Under the pieces are notes generated by a model that saw only the letters and a program-made list of their open reading frames with translations, was not told the DNA's origin and searched no databases. From Camelus dromedarius (Eukaryota): DNA of 64,000 nt. The translations under genes and the position numbers were made by a program. Numbering within the stretch: the first letter of the stretch is position 1; each line of letters opens with the position of its first letter. The stretch is from contig NC_087436.1 in NCBI RefSeq assembly GCF_036321535.1, positions 71,116,001 through 71,180,000 of the forward strand, given 5' to 3'. Shown piece by piece: positions 27,506-38,866 of the stretch.

Positions 27506-28950
27506 CAGCCCCAGGTGAAATTGTTAATGATCAAATAATTGAAAGCTAATTGGTCAAATCAACAATTTATTTGAAACTGAATTGACTGGACAAGAGCAGT
27601 CTTTCCAATCAATGATGTTAATGCAGAAACATTACTGTCACCACGAAGCGGATGATCAGCTTCTTACGCACCTGCCATATGTCAGGATGGGGGAGATTCA
27701 GGAGTAATTCTGATTCTTAGGTAAGTTCTACAACACTTTCACAGAAATTTGTAACACCTTGCTTCATTTCAGAATTTGTGTTTTTGATGACAAATTCATT
27801 TCAGTAGATTATGCTTTGCTTGGTTAGGCAGCATTTTAATTAATTTTTAAATTTTATCACTAGCTGTAAGTGAATTATTCAGAAGTGTCTGGGCCCCAAA
27901 TAGTTTCTGATATTAATTGATGTGTTGATAATGCCTGTGTACGGTCGATGGTTTCCTATTTTACTGCATTTTAAGCAATTTTACTGTAGTTTTTTACTTT
28001 TTAATCTTTTTCTATATTTAGTACTTTTTAAACAAGTAGTAACTTTTCTGGCTTATCTATGTTTTCATCATTTTTAATTGATTTTTTTCCTCATATCTTA
28101 CACTTAAGTGGCTTCACAAAGAAAATATAAGATAGGTATAGAGAAATGGCTTGATACTTCTGCAGTGTGTATTAATATAAATATGTGAGAAACATTTTAT
28201 TTGCTAATAATTTGGGGCAGTACGGCACCGACCATCTTTGCAGAAATACATAATTATTCTCTAGTTTCACTATTTATAGTTTGCAAAGAGAAAGTGGGTG
28301 TATTTTTCTAAAATTCTTCAAAATCAATGACAACGTCATTTTTAACGGGTTTGTCCTTCCTATCAACTTTTAAAGCTAAATTGTTTGTCTTTAGATCCTG
28401 AAACTACATTCTTTACCACTACTAATGAGACATAGTGGCCATGAGTCAGACTAGCTGGAGACCCTAAAGGAAAGCTGAGGTTTTGTCACATATGAAGGTG
28501 ATGAGGAAGCGGCTTGGGAAATCCAAGGACGAAGATGATACTATTTATTGTGAATTACTCTGTGTGGGGCCTCAAGTGAACAGCTTTATTTGTATGATCT
28601 CATTTCTCAACAGCAGCCACACAATCATGTTTGACAGTTCTGCCTCTTATTTTACAGATGAGGAAACTGAAATCTGAGATTACCCACGTTCATTCGGGTA
28701 TGAAGTGGAGTTTAAGCCTGAGTCATTCTGCCTTTCCAGTTTAAACTGGTAACCAAGTGGCACAACAGTGTCTCCCTGTTACATAATGAAACACTCTCCT
28801 CTGTGATGCCCTGTTCTTCCCACACTCCAGACTTGTGGGTGATGTGTTTCCACCAGTACTCAGGGTCCAAAGCTGGTGGCAGTTTTTCTTTAAAAACCAC
28901 TCTGGGATTGCACTTTTTCAAAATAGAAGGGCCCTTTGTCCTTCTTGTAC

Positions 28951-29434
28951 TGTTAGGCAGTTTAGATGGAAATGAGCACTGGGCAGGGGGAGAGGAAGGG
29001 GAAAGGAGCAACCCAGAAAATGGCAGCGTGTCTGCCTTCAGGAAAAGGGACTCCAGAAATTTTTACTGTCTCTAAATGAGGGCCAGTAAAAGAAGCCAGG
29101 TAAAATCAAAGTGCTGCAGCTGTGCATGGGAGGGGGACGTGGTGTAACTTGACCCAAAGAACCTCCCCAAAAGAGGACGGGCGTGCCAGAGCGCAGGAAA
29201 CCTGAGTTGTCCATCAGTCATGAAACCAGGATATAAAAACGGGAAAAACAAAGGAATGGCACCACTTTTCTCTCTTGGATTGGCCCGCTCCCAATTCTCG
29301 GGAGTGTACTTTTACTACTTTTTCACTTTACTAATAAAAATCTTGCTTATATCATGCTTTTTGTCTCTCAAAAATTCTTTTTTTTCAGGTGACTGAGAAC
29401 CAAGGTAATTCTTATTTCCCTCTTCCCGGTAACA
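28951..29434 (+). mobile_element. Solo ERV1-class LTR, copy 2 (484 bp), same family as 26637-27201
   Basis: TGTTA...TAACA termini; TSD GTAC on both sides; TATAAAA at 29232; AATAAA at 29333. Confidence 0.9.
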
Positions 29435-29714
29435 GTACAACTAGCGTTATTGCCATTTTCTGTCTCCTCAAGTTCTGCGGGATGGACTTAAGCAAAAAGC
29501 CACCCCCCGTAACCTCTTATTTTATCTTTTTAAAATTTACTTAAGAAGTATTACGATACACCCTGAAATGAAAATAGGAGACACTATCATCTTATTTGAG
29601 CCTCTTTAGAGAAAGTCCAAGCAGCACATGAACTTGATACTGTTTCACTTTGTAGGAGGAAAGAACAGGTTTCCATTACTCTGTGATGACTCTAATGATA
29701 AAATCTCGATTGAG

Positions 29715-31923
29715 CCATGTCTATATTTTGTTAACATTTTATTGCTACGTGCTCCCAATACAACAAACAGCATCAGTAGTGTACACTTTGATAAAAAGGA
29801 TTTTTTTTTTAGCTTAGTAGAAAAGGAAGCTCAAAGGTCAGAAGTGTAACGAGTATGTACATCTTTATGGGAGGTGGATGTGTGTGACCGGCTTTCTCTG
29901 CATTCCCCTGTGGACCAGACTTACGCACATGCAAGCAAACTAGAGAGAACTTCATTCCGGGGAAATTTTTAGGAGAGGAAAAAAAGGACTTCTACTCGAA
30001 GCTCAGGGATTGTTTTGCAATCTGGAATTCACCTAATTCATTTGACTTTCAAAAGTCTTGCACAAAGTAGCAGCGATTCTTTAGAGGTACAGAGTCAATA
30101 GGTGAAGCTGTTGTTTTTCCCATGGTTATAATGCAAAAGTCCTTGCACATTCTGTGCTTTGCGAGATTAACATACCTATGTTTTAGTTTGCATAATGTAC
30201 TTTTAGCTAGTTCAGGAACTGAACTCAAAATGATTTTGCTGACATCACTTATCTTCCTTTTTTCTTTTAAGTGTAATCCATGAAGTACTTATCTCTTCCA
30301 CATACTTAAAAAAATGTTTCTAATTCACTAGTTCATTAAACAGCTAGCTATCTGTGTCTGTACTATTTTATGTGTCATTGAAGGGGAACAAGTTACCAAC
30401 TTTGCACTAACTACTTTAAAACTGCAAAAGGTGTGCATGACATCAATGTTGTTCAATTTTAGCTCTTTGATTTGGCTGCTGTAGTTTGCTTAAATTTCTT
30501 CTCTATGCACAGAACAAAGCATGCATCTCTAATTATGTCTCTCTAGTTTACCAAAATATGTCATTGATATTAGCGTAAATATTTAGTACATAAAAATACT
30601 ATAAAGGAAAAAAATCAACTTTTAATAAATATCTTCAGTTCTGAATTCTATATACAAGTACTTTACATCTACTCCCTGGAGAGAGCATTTCTGGCTTCAC
30701 TGTGAGTAAGGTGATCACTGACATAAATTACTAGCACATTATTGCAGTCAGATGCATTGTGGTTGTGGACATTTGGATATGAACCATGCGGAAAATAAAT
30801 ATTGCAACTGTTGACCAATGCTTTCTTGAACCTGCTTCCAGAGCCCTGAAGCCTGACTATACTTGTCAATTGTGGTTCAGTGATGTCTTCCTCGGGTACC
30901 AAATACAAATGATCTCAGAACATTTTTCCTTTGTCGTTATCACAGAACCACGAGTATACCTCTTTGTATATGTCAACCAGGGGAAAATTAAAAACAACAC
31001 AAGAACGTAGGACACTTCAGTGGCATCTACTGAGGTCCTGGTAAGAGGATTCAGTTCTGCTGTGCACAGGCTCCTTAACTGATCCCTGGTCCCTGTGACT
31101 ACAAGTCTACTAAGACGCCAATCTTATTCTTTTTTATTTAAAGGATGGAAGGTCAATAGGTAAGCTGAAATCTCTGTATCTGCAGCTTATCTGTTTGTTT
31201 CCTTTTTCTGTAATTTAGGTATCACATTGTTGATTAAACAAAACCACACGACATAAACCCATTGTATTGTCAGTGGTGGTGATTCTAACTTCTTCTTTGA
31301 AAGAGTCTGCTTTGAAAATCAACCCATAGAACGTCAAATAAGGCAATACTCAATGACAGGCACCCAGAACATCCAGAAATGTAATAGAGTAAACAATCAT
31401 TTGAGAACACATCTCTTAAAATAATACTGATTTCTGCAATATACAGTATTTACACAACAGCTGCAAATGTGCTCACACAATACTTCTAATATAGATAAAT
31501 AGGAATACAAGTCTAAGAAATTCTTTGCTCCATTTTCAAAACCTTTTGTTAAAGTGTAAACCATTGGCACCTCTTTTTTATTTTGACCGTAACTTAAAAA
31601 AAAAAAAATCAGCTGATATGCACAGTTGGCTCCAGTCCCTTCTTGGCTTTAGAAAGTGACCAACACATTTAGCAACTTTCACTTTCCTTCGGTTAATAAT
31701 CTTTGGTGCTTTCTTCCAAGAAATTCTGGTAAACGAGTCAATGCAGAACAAAAGGAGGACGAAAGCAACTAGAAAGTGAACCCGCACTTTTTTTGTTCTT
31801 CCACTTGCAGAAAAAAGGAGTCGGCGATTTATGGAGAGTTCCACTTTAAATAAGACGTATGCACCATGGGGAGAGGGAGCTTGTCCGGATTTTCCTGATT
31901 GCTAGCCTTTTTGGTTCATTTTC
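29715..31923 (-). other. ADAMTS3: ADAMTS3 3'UTR (~2.2 kb)
   Basis: AT-rich stretch with no interspersed repeat that I recognise, running from the stop codon to AATAAA at 29743-29738; exact cleavage site not visible. Confidence 0.7.
29738..29743 (-). terminator. Probable distal polyadenylation signal AATAAA of ADAMTS3
   Basis: TTTATT on + strand, the last hexamer before repeat-rich DNA resumes; proximal alternatives at 31133-31138 and 31577-31582. Confidence 0.65.
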
Positions 31924-32483
31924 TCATCTTTCTGAGGTGGATGATCTTATTGGACGTCTCCTGTCAATAATCTTTTCTTCTTTCTTTGAGGTTCTTGCCT
32001 GAGAAGAAGCACCTATGGAATCACTGACTGCAAGGAAGGGGGCAGCAGCCATTTGTGGAGATGAACTGAGGTGGCCACTCTCGGTGGGTGGGGAAGCCAG
32101 TCTCAGAGTGTGACCTTCTGCTGGCTGAGCTCTCCTCTGGGGGAAGTTAGCACCATCTGGTTTACTGTTTGGACTGAAAGCAGCATATGCATTTGGGTCT
32201 CCCACAGAAGAGAGCCTACTCAAAAGTTTCTTCTTCTCAGCAGGAGTCTCTGAATAGTAAGGAACCAAAGATGTAGGCATCACTAGAGAGCCGGGGAGGT
32301 CACTGGGGTTAAAGATAGCATCGTCTTGAGTCTCAGCAGCTTCTGGAAGGTAGGGAGGTGGCAGGGTGCTACTGCGCTTGCTACACGACTCACAACATAG
32401 CTTGTTATAACCTGGTATGGAGCAGTATCGGGCCAGCACCTCCATCTGACAGAATATGGACTTGTCTCCCAAACACGGCTCAT
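31924..32483 (-). CDS. ADAMTS3: ADAMTS3 last exon, coding part (PLAC domain and C-terminal tail, ...IRSSTSER*)
   Basis: Acceptor TTTGCAG at 32484; [38 protein letters not shown] motif; TGA at 31926-31924. Confidence 0.97.
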
Positions 32484-32534
32484 CTGCAAAGACGAAAAGA
32501 AAACAAAATAATACATCTCAGCATAAAAGGAAGG

Positions 32535-32990
32535 CTACTTGGATGGAGCTAGAGGGCATTATGCCAAGTGAAATAAGTCAGAGAATGACAAACGTTGTAT
32601 GATCTCACTTATATGTGGAATCTGGAAAACAAAACAAAACAAAACAAAACAACCAAAACGAAAACAGAATCAGAGATACTGAGAACAAATGGGTGGTTGC
32701 TAGGGGAGGGGGCAAAATAGGTGAAGGGGATTGAGAGGTACAAACTTCCATTTATAAAATAAATACCACAGGCATGTGATACACAGCATAAGGAAAACGG
32801 CCAGTGATATGGTCATGACTCTGGGGACAGACGGTTGCTAGACTTATCCTGGTGATCATTTCACAATATATGCAAATACACTATGCATAATGTATGCAAA
32901 ATCACTATGTAGTACATCTGAAACTAACAGAATATTGTACATCAACTAATTTAAATGTAAAATGAAATAGATATAAATAAAAATAAATAG
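32535..32990 (+). mobile_element. L1 3' end fragment (antisense to ADAMTS3)
   Basis: TGGATGGAGCTAGAGGGCATTATGCCAAGTGAAATAAGTCA...TGATCTCACTTATATGTGGAATCT...CTGAAACTAA. Confidence 0.85.
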
Positions 32991-34341
32991 GAGAGAAGAA
33001 AATAAAATTGCTTATAAATATAAAAAGATTTAAGTAAAATCTGACATTGATGGAAGTTGTTCACATGAGTCTTTGTATCAAAAATATGAATGATAGGATG
33101 AATTTGTAAAATAAGTAATCCTCTATGTGCAAAGCACTTGAATTGACCAGCATTTTCACATGTCCATCAAGACTCTTCAGACCAAGGGTATTTTTTTTCT
33201 TCCTATAGGAACACACATCTGATTTTAGAATGAGAAACTAGAAATCATTTTATTATATTTTTAAGATATAGAGGGGTATCTGTTTTGTTAATTTTATGGT
33301 ATATCTGTCTTTATAATAGAGTGATCTCTATATTAAATTTAAAATCAAAATAAATACTAAAGACCTGTTGGAGCAAATTAAATCTTAAAACTATGTTACC
33401 AAAAGAAAAATCAAGATACCATTTTGATCTGGAGAATATTCTCCAGAATAAATGCAATAGTTTCATGTTTACTGTTGAACATTCTCAGGTTATTTGTTAT
33501 TTGAAAGTACAAATCTGAGTAAGTGTACCAACTTTCTTATGAATAATGCATGGTTCTTGAATTTAATTCATTGAATTGCTAGTACTTTCTGTTTAAAGAA
33601 GACTAAAGTCACACACATAAAACCCTTGGTAGGTGTGTGTGTACATAGTATTTCTATTATTTTAAAATTTTACTGATTATAGGTTATAAGAATTAGATTT
33701 CAAAAAAATCCAAATATTGAGCTCATGAAAATGTTAGTTTGTACTTATTTTCAGCCATTCCAGGGCGTATTCTAGACAGAGTCCACACACACAGTCCAAC
33801 ACAGAGATAGTGATCTGATACCTGGTTAACAAATGCAAAGAATTGTAAATTGTGGCATTTGTGTAAGAAGACCACTTACAATTGCAAGGTGATACTGTGT
33901 AATTCTATATAGCTAGGTGAGAAACCTGCTATGTAACTCGCCAAAGAAATTACATCCTTTTTCTAAAGTTTGAGGGGGAAGGAAAAAAGAGGAGGCTCAG
34001 TTGGTAAGGTCAGTGGAGGCTAAACCTATACTTTGTTAGAGTTGCAATGCCATGTCCACGTCCCAAACTGGCATTTATACATCTATGATACAGCATGATG
34101 TATCTGAGTATTTCATATTAGCTAAGGTAATCATCTAATTGGGTTGTAAATGCCTGAGAATCACATTAATGGGTTTTGCCTCAAGCACCAGTTCCTCATC
34201 ATATCTGAATTACTTTTCCTATGCCTATAACATTTTTCTTTGGCTTAAGGTAGAGAATCAAGCAAATTCTCACTGGCAATTGGGCATATCTGCAGAAATA
34301 TATAGCTATCAGTTTTTAAGATCTAAAGTATTTAGCTTCCA

Positions 34342-34479
34342 GGGGAAGGTATAGCTTAGTGGTAGAGTGCAGTGCTTAGCATGCACAAGGTCCTGTGTTC
34401 AATACCGGTCCCTCCATTAAAAAAAAATAAGAAGAATAAATAAATCTAATTACTTTCACCTCAAAAAAAATTTTTTAAA
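34342..34479 (+). mobile_element. Vic-1-type camelid tRNA-derived SINE
   Basis: GGGGAAGGTATAGCTTAGTGGTAGAG...GCTTAGCATGCACAAGGTCCTGTGTTCAA; A-rich tail; TSD AAAGTATTTAGCTTCC and AAAGTATTTGGCCTCC. Confidence 0.88.
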
Positions 34480-34957
34480 AAAGTATTTGGCCTCCTGGCA
34501 GTAATGCCTAATAAAAGTAAAATATTATGGTGACAGTAAACTTTGCAGCTTCTAACTGGGTGAAGTTTGTTCTTTGGGCTTTGACTTGTGTTTTTTACTT
34601 TCAAACATAGTTTCCAGAGAAAAATGATTAAATGTATAAGTCCTTTGTCTCCCCCTCATGGTCATATTTGTTCATGCCACCCCACATTTCACAAGAAAAT
34701 TTATAATGAAATAATCCATAAGGTTTCTTTGGAAGCCCGAAATTTCCTCACGAAATAACACATTTGATAAAATAGTGCCTGGCCAATTCTCTCAAAAAAA
34801 AGAAAGGACATTCAGCAGGTGTCAATATTCAGTCAATGGCTTACTTATGGGGTTGGAGGCCAAGGAAAAGGCAACTTCTTTAGTTCCAAGTCTCAATAGT
34901 GGGCAAAGCAATGTCCACAGCTGTCATGAGGCGTTGACATTGGAAAATTACATGTAA

Positions 34958-35600
34958 GGGGAAGCTTGGGGTGGGGGGAGGGGAGGGGGTAAGGAGAGGA
35001 TGGGGAGAATGTATGACACAGATGGGGGAGGGAGCAGACAGGCAGTGGAGGGAGAGACAGACAGACAGAGAGAGTCAGAGGGGAAGAGACATGGGGTTGG
35101 GAAAGACAGAAGGCTGGGAAGGCAGGAGACTGGGAGGCAGGGTAGGGGAGATGGAGAGACAGACAGGGAGTGGCAGAGATAGGGAGAGGCTGGGGAGGGT
35201 GGGGAAAGGACAGAGGAAAGTGCAAGAGAAAGAAAGAGACTGACAGACACACGTGCCAGAAAAGGGGGCAAGAGAGGTGTTAGAAAGGGTGGGGGAGAGA
35301 AAAAGGAGAGTCAGGAGAGAGCAGAGAAGCCAGAATGAGAGAGACAGAGAGTAGAGGTAGGGAGACTAGGTAGGAGATGGAGAGAGAGAGCAAGAAGAAA
35401 GAGGTGGAAAAGCGTGTGTGACAGACACAGGAAATGAGCAACACACAGGCAGCAAGGGACAGCAAGTCAGAGGCAGAGAGAGAGAGTGAAACCGACAGAG
35501 GAAATGAGAGAAGAGCGAAGTGGAGACACAAAATGAGACAAGAGGACAGAGACAGGTGCATGGAGTGACAGAAAGGAAGGAGGAGGAGACAGAGTGATAG
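34958..35600 (+). repeat. GA-rich low-complexity polypurine tract
   Basis: ~640 bp dominated by GAGA/GACA/GGGA units. Confidence 0.9.
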
Positions 35601-35654
35601 CAACTGAAACCATCCATACATGCTACTGATTTTACAATAGCAAACTGAATTACA

Positions 35655-36276
35655 CAGATGTCCCTGACTTGGGATGATTCCACTCAGATTTTTTTGGGAG
35701 GGAGGAGGTAATTTGATTGATTGATTTAATGGAGGTACTGGGAATCGAACCCAGGACCTCATGCATGCTAAGCACACACTCTACCACTGAGCTACACCGT
35801 CCCCCCTACTTAGATTTTTTGACTTTATGATAGTGTGAAAGCTATATGCATCCAGTAGAAACTGTACTTCGAATTTTGAACATGGATATTTTCTGGGCTA
35901 GTGATATGTGGAATCACTCGTGATGCTGGCTAGGGCACCAGTCACAGCTCCTGATCAGCCATGAGATCACAAGGGCAAAGGACTGATACACTTACAACCA
36001 TTCTGTACCCAGACAACCATTCCATTTTTCACCTTCAGTATAGTATTCAATAAATTATATGAGATATTCAACACTTAATTATAAAATAGGTTTTGTGTTA
36101 GATGATTTTACCCAATTATAGGCTAACGTAAGTGTTCTGAGCACCTTTAAGGTAGGAGAGGCTAAGCTGTGATGTTTGGTAGGTTAGGTGTATTAAATGC
36201 ATTTTCAACTGACTGCACTTTCAACTCACAATGAATTTACAAGGATGTAATGCCATTGTAAAGTGAGAAAGACCTG
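35655..36276 (-). mobile_element. Tigger-family MITE (MER47/Tigger5-like)
   Basis: CAGATGTCCCTGACTT...GACCTG|TA termini; internal GGTAGGTTAGGTGTATTAAATGCATTTTC. Confidence 0.75.
35695..35806 (-). mobile_element. Vic-1-type SINE nested in the Tigger element
   Basis: GAATCGAACCCAGGACCTCATGCATGCTAAGC...CTACCACTGAGCTA; TSD ACTCAGATTTTTT and ACTTAGATTTTTT. Confidence 0.9.
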
Positions 36277-36842
36277 TACTTTAAAATAGAGAAGAGAGAC
36301 TGCTTTTGTAATAGAGCAAGAGTAGGTCAGGCAAATTTTAGTGTATGTACAAGGTATCTATTTCGAAAGCACCCTGCTGAAGTCCCTGGGAATGCCTGGA
36401 CAAATACTGGAAATGGCTTTGTGAATGACATTTATCATCTACATGTCTAAATTGAGCAATTTTAGTAAAATATTGCAAACCCTTCTCCATGGTTATGCCT
36501 TTGAATTATGAAGTTATAAAGAAAATCAAACAGAGAAAATAAAGTAGCTCCTACGAGAAAGCTGACAGACACCACACATACACGACACCGCCCTCACCCC
36601 AGCACTACCACATACTGGGAACCAGGGAGTCTGCAGTGGTTATGGTATTAACTGGTGGGGGACATTGCCACAAACACCCATCATAAAGAGCTGGATTGGG
36701 CTGGTATTTCAAGTGTGTTTTCCTTTGGTCATTTTTTCAATAAGCAAATGGAAAATCCAGATCTTTTCCTGAAAGGAAATTCTGCTTTTTGAGGCTTCAA
36801 AACCATTCTCAGAATAGTGAAATCAATTAGTGTCACACCTAC

Positions 36843-36960
36843 CATTACAGGGAGGCAGCTGACAAGCTCGGACAGACTCGGGCTTTTCGCCTTCGCAGTG
36901 GTCACCAGCCCTGCAGAGGACCTGCCTCACTTCTGTCCCTTCACCGCAGGTTACTGAACA
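36843..36960 (-). CDS. ADAMTS3: ADAMTS3 exon, TSR4: [39 protein letters not shown]
   Basis: 118 nt, manual translation; acceptor TAG, donor GTAGGT. Confidence 0.96.
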
Positions 36961-38658
36961 CTATGGAAACAAAGGCTGTGATTACAGACATTTATTCCAC
37001 CAAGCCTGTCTTTCTTCTTTCCCCCGCGTGCACATGTATGCACACACATGCACACACAAGCATACACACACACAAGAATACACACACAAGCATACAGTTC
37101 TTACTCTATGATGCAGTGTTATAGTGACTTTGGAGACAGAGAACCCTAGGTACATACCCTAACTCCATCCTTTACCAGCTTGAGCGTCTTGCTTTTTTTC
37201 TGAAAGTCTCATAGAATTGTTGTAGAACAAAAGGAAGGCAAAGGAGACAGTGTATGTAAAGCAGTTTGCCTGACACGTGGTAAGCATGGGATGCCAAAGA
37301 AGCCATTATTCTAATGTAACACCTGCCATAGTTCCTAAAGACACTAGTGGAGCCCATTTTAGGGAGCTGATCATGGATCAGGGCTTCTCATTCTTTCACT
37401 TTACTTACAGGTGGCGAATTTATTGACATCCTATGTTGGTTAATTCAACCTCTTTGGAACTACTATAACTCTATTCCCATCCGTTTCTTTAAGGAAGGGG
37501 CTCACTGCTCTAAAACTAAGCCCAGAAATAACCATGCTACTGATCTCGGTGGGAGCGGTAGAGGAGGGACGCTTGTGCCAGGACTCGGAAGAGAATGAGA
37601 CATGAGTTATCCTCATGGTCCTGTGCAGGCACCTTCTTTTGCCTGTTCCTTTCCTCCCTATCCTGCTCTCTGCTCCCTCCTTTGTTCTCTGCCTGCTTTT
37701 TGCTGCCCTCTCCTTCTATCTACTCTACTATGACCCCATGATTCTTCATTTAGAGTCTTTAGAAATATCAAAGACCTGTAGTTAATACAGGCAAAGAGAT
37801 ACTGATTCAGCCAGTCACCAAACAGACAACATTGGGACAGGCACCAGCTAGGCGCTGGGGAAGCAAAGCACATGGTGTTTGAGAAATGCAGTGCATGGAC
37901 TAGTGGTGAGCGCAGGCTCAGAGACAGGAGTCACGGCACACTGCTGTGATCAGTAAGCCAGAGGTAGGCCTCTTTGCCTTTGGGATGCAGAGGAAGGACT
38001 TTGGGAGAGGCACCCCTGGAAGGTGGTATTTTGGGCCACGGAACTGAACCTTGGTGGATGAAGGTGAGCAGGTTAGATAGGAAGAGGGGAAAGGGTAGGC
38101 CAGCCAAAAGGCAGGAAGCTGGAACCATCTTGGTCTTTGGAACAGTGAGAAGTTTATTCAAACTGGGACAAAGAGTTGGAATAAAAAAGATCTCGAACAA
38201 GAAAAGTAATAGTGGGACTTACTTGCAATGTATACAAATATCAAAGCATTAAGTCGTACACCTGAAACTAATATAATGCTATGTCAGTTATACCTCTATA
38301 AAAAGAAAAACAGAAGAGTTCTTTTGCATGGCTAAATGGGACAGCGCCCTGCATCCAGGGTCAGGGATTTGGAATGTATCCAGGAGAAGGGGTGCAATTA
38401 ACAAAGACAGGAGACAGATCAGTCCCCATTTAGATGCCTCTGAGTCAACAAAACACCCAAACCTGGTCCCCCCCCCCATCAACTAATCTTACATGCAAAC
38501 ACTGTCTTCAAATATTAATTGTTCCTAACCTGCAGGGGCTTAATGATTCCAAATTGGCACAGTTTCTCAATTCACACAAAGCCTACCTGATACTAAAACC
38601 AGATTAAAGCTTCACAAGCTCACACGTGCGCGCATGCGCACAGAATCCGCACACCCAC

Positions 38659-38866
38659 CTCGTTCCAGGGCCCTGTTTTCCACTGGGCCGGGCAGGGCAC
38701 TCTGTTACAGGGCCGGCGGCTCTCGGGACGGTCCCCGACACAGTACTTGCTGTGCACAGAGCGGTTGGTGCCGTCGTGGAGTGGCTGGAGGCAGCGCACG
38801 GTCCGGAGCTGGTAGCCGGAACTGCCGCAGGTTTTGGTGCAGTGCTCCCACGCCTCCGCGGCCCAG
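38659..38866 (-). CDS. ADAMTS3: ADAMTS3 exon, TSR3: (L)WAAEAWEHCTKTCGSSGYQLRTVRCLQPLHDGTNRSVHSKYCVGDRPESRRPCNRVPCPAQWKTGPWNE
   Basis: 208 nt, manual translation; acceptor CAG, donor GTGGGT. Confidence 0.96.

Noticed and set aside
26637..29434. Single short provirus or LTR retrotransposon with paired LTRs
   Set aside because: Each LTR has its own TSD, the outer flanks differ (GAAC versus GTAC), no PBS or PPT is evident, and the spacer contains MIR and microsatellite
34893..35777. Several 60-165 aa ORFs
   Set aside because: Artefacts of the stop-poor GA/CT low-complexity tract and a SINE
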